From Antedon mediterranea (lineage: Eukaryota > Animalia > Echinodermata), in assembly GCF_964355755.1 (NCBI RefSeq), contig NC_092673.1:20519648-20583647 (forward strand): a DNA stretch of 64,000 bases. The letters are read 5' to 3'. The stretch's first letter is position 1; every line of letters begins with the position of its first letter. Below are positions 61,247 to 64,000 of the stretch, piece by piece. The translations under genes and the position numbers were made by a program. The notes under the pieces are model-generated. The model was not told the origin of the DNA and did not search any database. It saw nothing but the letters and a program-made list of their open reading frames with translations.

Positions 61247-63486
61247 AACTGCTAAACCCCTGGGTTTAACCATGGACCTAAATTAGGACACTAAAGACAA
61301 TCCTTATTCAGAGGTCATCCCAGCTAATAATTAAGAACTGCTAAACCCATGGATTTAACCATGGACCTAAATTAGAACACTATAACACAATCCTTATTCG
61401 GAGGACATCCCAGCTATTAATTAAGAACTGCTAAACCCCTGGGTTAACCATGGATCTAAATTAGAACACTATAAGACAATCCTTATTCAGAGGACATCCC
61501 AGCTAATAATTAAGAACTGCTAAACCCCTGGATTTAACCATGGACCTAAATTAGGACACTATAAGACAATCCTTATTCAGAGGACATCCCAGCTAATAAT
61601 TAAGAACTGCTAAACCCCTGGATTTAACCATGGACCTAAATTAGAACACTATAAGACAATCCTTATTCAGAGGACATCCCAGCTATTAATTAAGAACTGC
61701 TAAACCACTGGATTTAACCATGGACCTAAATTAGAACACTATAAGACAATCCTTATTCAGAGGACATCCCAGCTAATAATTAAGAACTGCTAAACCCCTG
61801 GATTTAACCATGGACCTAAATTAGAACACTATAAGACAATCCTTATTCAGAGGACATCCCAGCTAATAATTAAGAACTGCTAAACCCCTGGATTTAACCA
61901 TGGACCTAAATTAGAACACTATAAGACAATCCTTATTCAGAGGACATCCCAGCTATTAATTAAGAACTGCTAAACCCCTGGATTTAACCATGGACCTAAA
62001 TTAGGACACTATAAGACAATCCTTATTCAGAGGACATCCCAGCTAATAATTAAGAACTGCTAAACCCCTGAGTTTAACCATGGACCTAAATTAGGACACT
62101 ATAAGACGATCCTTATTCAGAGGACATCCCAGCTATTAATTAAGAACTGCTAAACCCCTGGATTTAACCTTGGACCTAAATTAGGACACTAAAGACAATC
62201 CTTATTTAGAGGACATCCCAGCTATTAATTAAGAACTGCTAAACCCCTGGATTTAACCATGGACCTAAATTAGAACACTATAAGACAATCCTTATTCAGA
62301 GGACATCCCAGCTATTAATTAAGAACTGCTAAACCACTGGATTTAACCATGGACCTAAATTAGAACACTATAAGACAATCCTTATTCAGAGGACATCCCA
62401 GCTATTAATTAAGAACTGCTAAACCCCTGGATTTAACCATGGACCTAAATTAGGACACTATAAGACAATCCTTATTCAGAGGACATCCCAGCTAATAATT
62501 AAGAACTGCTAAACCCCTGGGTTTAACCATGGACCTAAATTAGGACACTAAAGACAATCCTTATTCAGAGGAAATCCCAGCTAATAATTAAGAACTGCTA
62601 AACCCCTGGATTTAACCATGGACCTAAATTAGAACACTATAAGACAATCCTTATTCAGAGGACATCCCAGCTATTAATTAAGAACTGCTAAACCCCTGGA
62701 TTTAACCATGGACCTAAATTAGGACACTATAAGACAATCCTTATTCAGAGGAAATCCCAGCTAATAATTAAGAACTGCTAAACCCCTGGGTTTAACCATG
62801 GACCTAAATTAGGACACTAAAGACAATCCTTATTCAGAGGAAATCCCAGCTAATAATTAAGAACTGCTAAACCCCTGGATTTAACCATGGACCTAAATTA
62901 GAACACTATAAGACAATCCTTATTCAGAGGACATCCCAGCTATTAATTAAGAACTGCTAAACCCCTGGATTTAACCATGGACCTAAATTAGGACACTATA
63001 AGACAATCCTTATTCAGAGGACATCCCAGCTAATAATTAAGAACTGCTAAACCCCTGGATTTAACCATGGACCTAAATTAGGACACTAAAGACAATCCTT
63101 ATTCAGAGGACATCCCAGCTAATAATAAAAAACTGCTAAACCCCTGGGTTTAACCATGGACCTAAATTAGAACACTATAAGACAATCCTTATTCAGAGGA
63201 CATCCCAGCTAATAATTAAGAACTGCTAAACCCCTGGGTTTAACCATGGACCTAAATTAGAACACTATAAGACAATCCTTATTCAGAGGACATCCCAGCT
63301 AATAATTAAGAACTGCTAAACCCCTGGGTTTAACCATGGACCTAAATTAGGACACTAAAGACAATCCTTATTTAGAGGACATCCCAGCTATTAATTAAGA
63401 ACTGCTAAACCCCTGGGTTTAACCATGGACCTAAATTAGAACACTATAAGACAATCCTTATTAAGAGGAAATCCCAGCTAATAATT
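61247..63486 (+). repeat. 90-bp tandem satellite, ~25 copies, in an intron of gene B
   Basis: Unit aactgctaaacccctggatttaaccatggacctaaattagaacactataagacaatccttattcagaggacatcccagctaataattaag, with a few recurring variants; no spacers. Confidence 0.97.
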
Positions 63487-64000
63487 ATGTGTACACGTTG
63501 TTAAATATCGAAGGTGTCCTTAAACATGGGTTCTATTGTAGTAATAGTTAGTGGTTTAATGAACGGGGCCTGAGAAGGAGTATAAAGTAGGTCACGAAAG
63601 AAATAGGTGCTACATAGGCAGGATCATGTATAAAATAAAACAGACAAAGTAAGAAACGATCGGTTACATTCATTTAACGTTTAGTGAAACAACTTTGTTA
63701 ACATTGCTTTATCGGAAACCCATTGGTGGTGTTTGATATTGATTAACGTTATCATTTGAAATCCACACAAATTTATGAAAACAAAAGGTTATGTGGAGAG
63801 TGCAGTTTGATACCATCATCTCTTCGGCGTTTATTCATTTTTTGGTGGACCAAGCAAGAGAATGAATTGATTGATAATGACGGGACACCTACAAAAATGA
63901 AAAAAATAATTTTATAGAACAGCATGCGTACTATATAATAATATATATAATATTATATACCCCTTACCAGCTACGGTTTGACTTAAATTGTTATATATAC

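Noticed and set aside
61247-63486. CRISPR array
   Set aside because: Units are contiguous and near-identical with no unique spacers; no cas genes; lies in a eukaryotic intron.
63770-63888. Minus-strand exon-like segment (tttgtag|GTGTCCCG...) as gene B exon 2
   Set aside because: No frame gives the expected L..Y....RP nAChR N-terminal motif, and all three frames hit stops.

Overview
AT-rich, intron-containing eukaryotic DNA, most likely from a marine invertebrate (an echinoderm or hemichordate is an inference from repeat families and gene content). Four intact spliced genes were reconstructed by hand from GT-AG sites and reading phase. Two are convergent, paralogous nicotinic-acetylcholine-receptor-like Cys-loop channel genes (+ 14693-29002; - 58207-61175, 5' end outside the window). 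Both replace the loop-C vicinal cysteines with YPDDPG, and one has lost the M2 -1' glutamate. The third is a 17-exon LRR-GPCR (- 36276-46108, type C LGR/GRL101-like, no LDLa) with 13 symmetric one-LRR exons, 8 of them behind AAG acceptors. The fourth is a compact 790-aa non-RD tyrosine-kinase-like gene with an unrecognised ~530-aa N-terminus (- 52991-55788). An FLVCR/SLC49 pseudogene is split by a 2.8-kb foldback element with long modular inverted repeats. The rest is dense with MITEs (including a self-nesting 179-bp family), SINEs, LINE fragments, a Helentron-type element and a 90-bp satellite that appears to have expanded inside a MITE. No CRISPR, rRNA or genuine tRNA was found.
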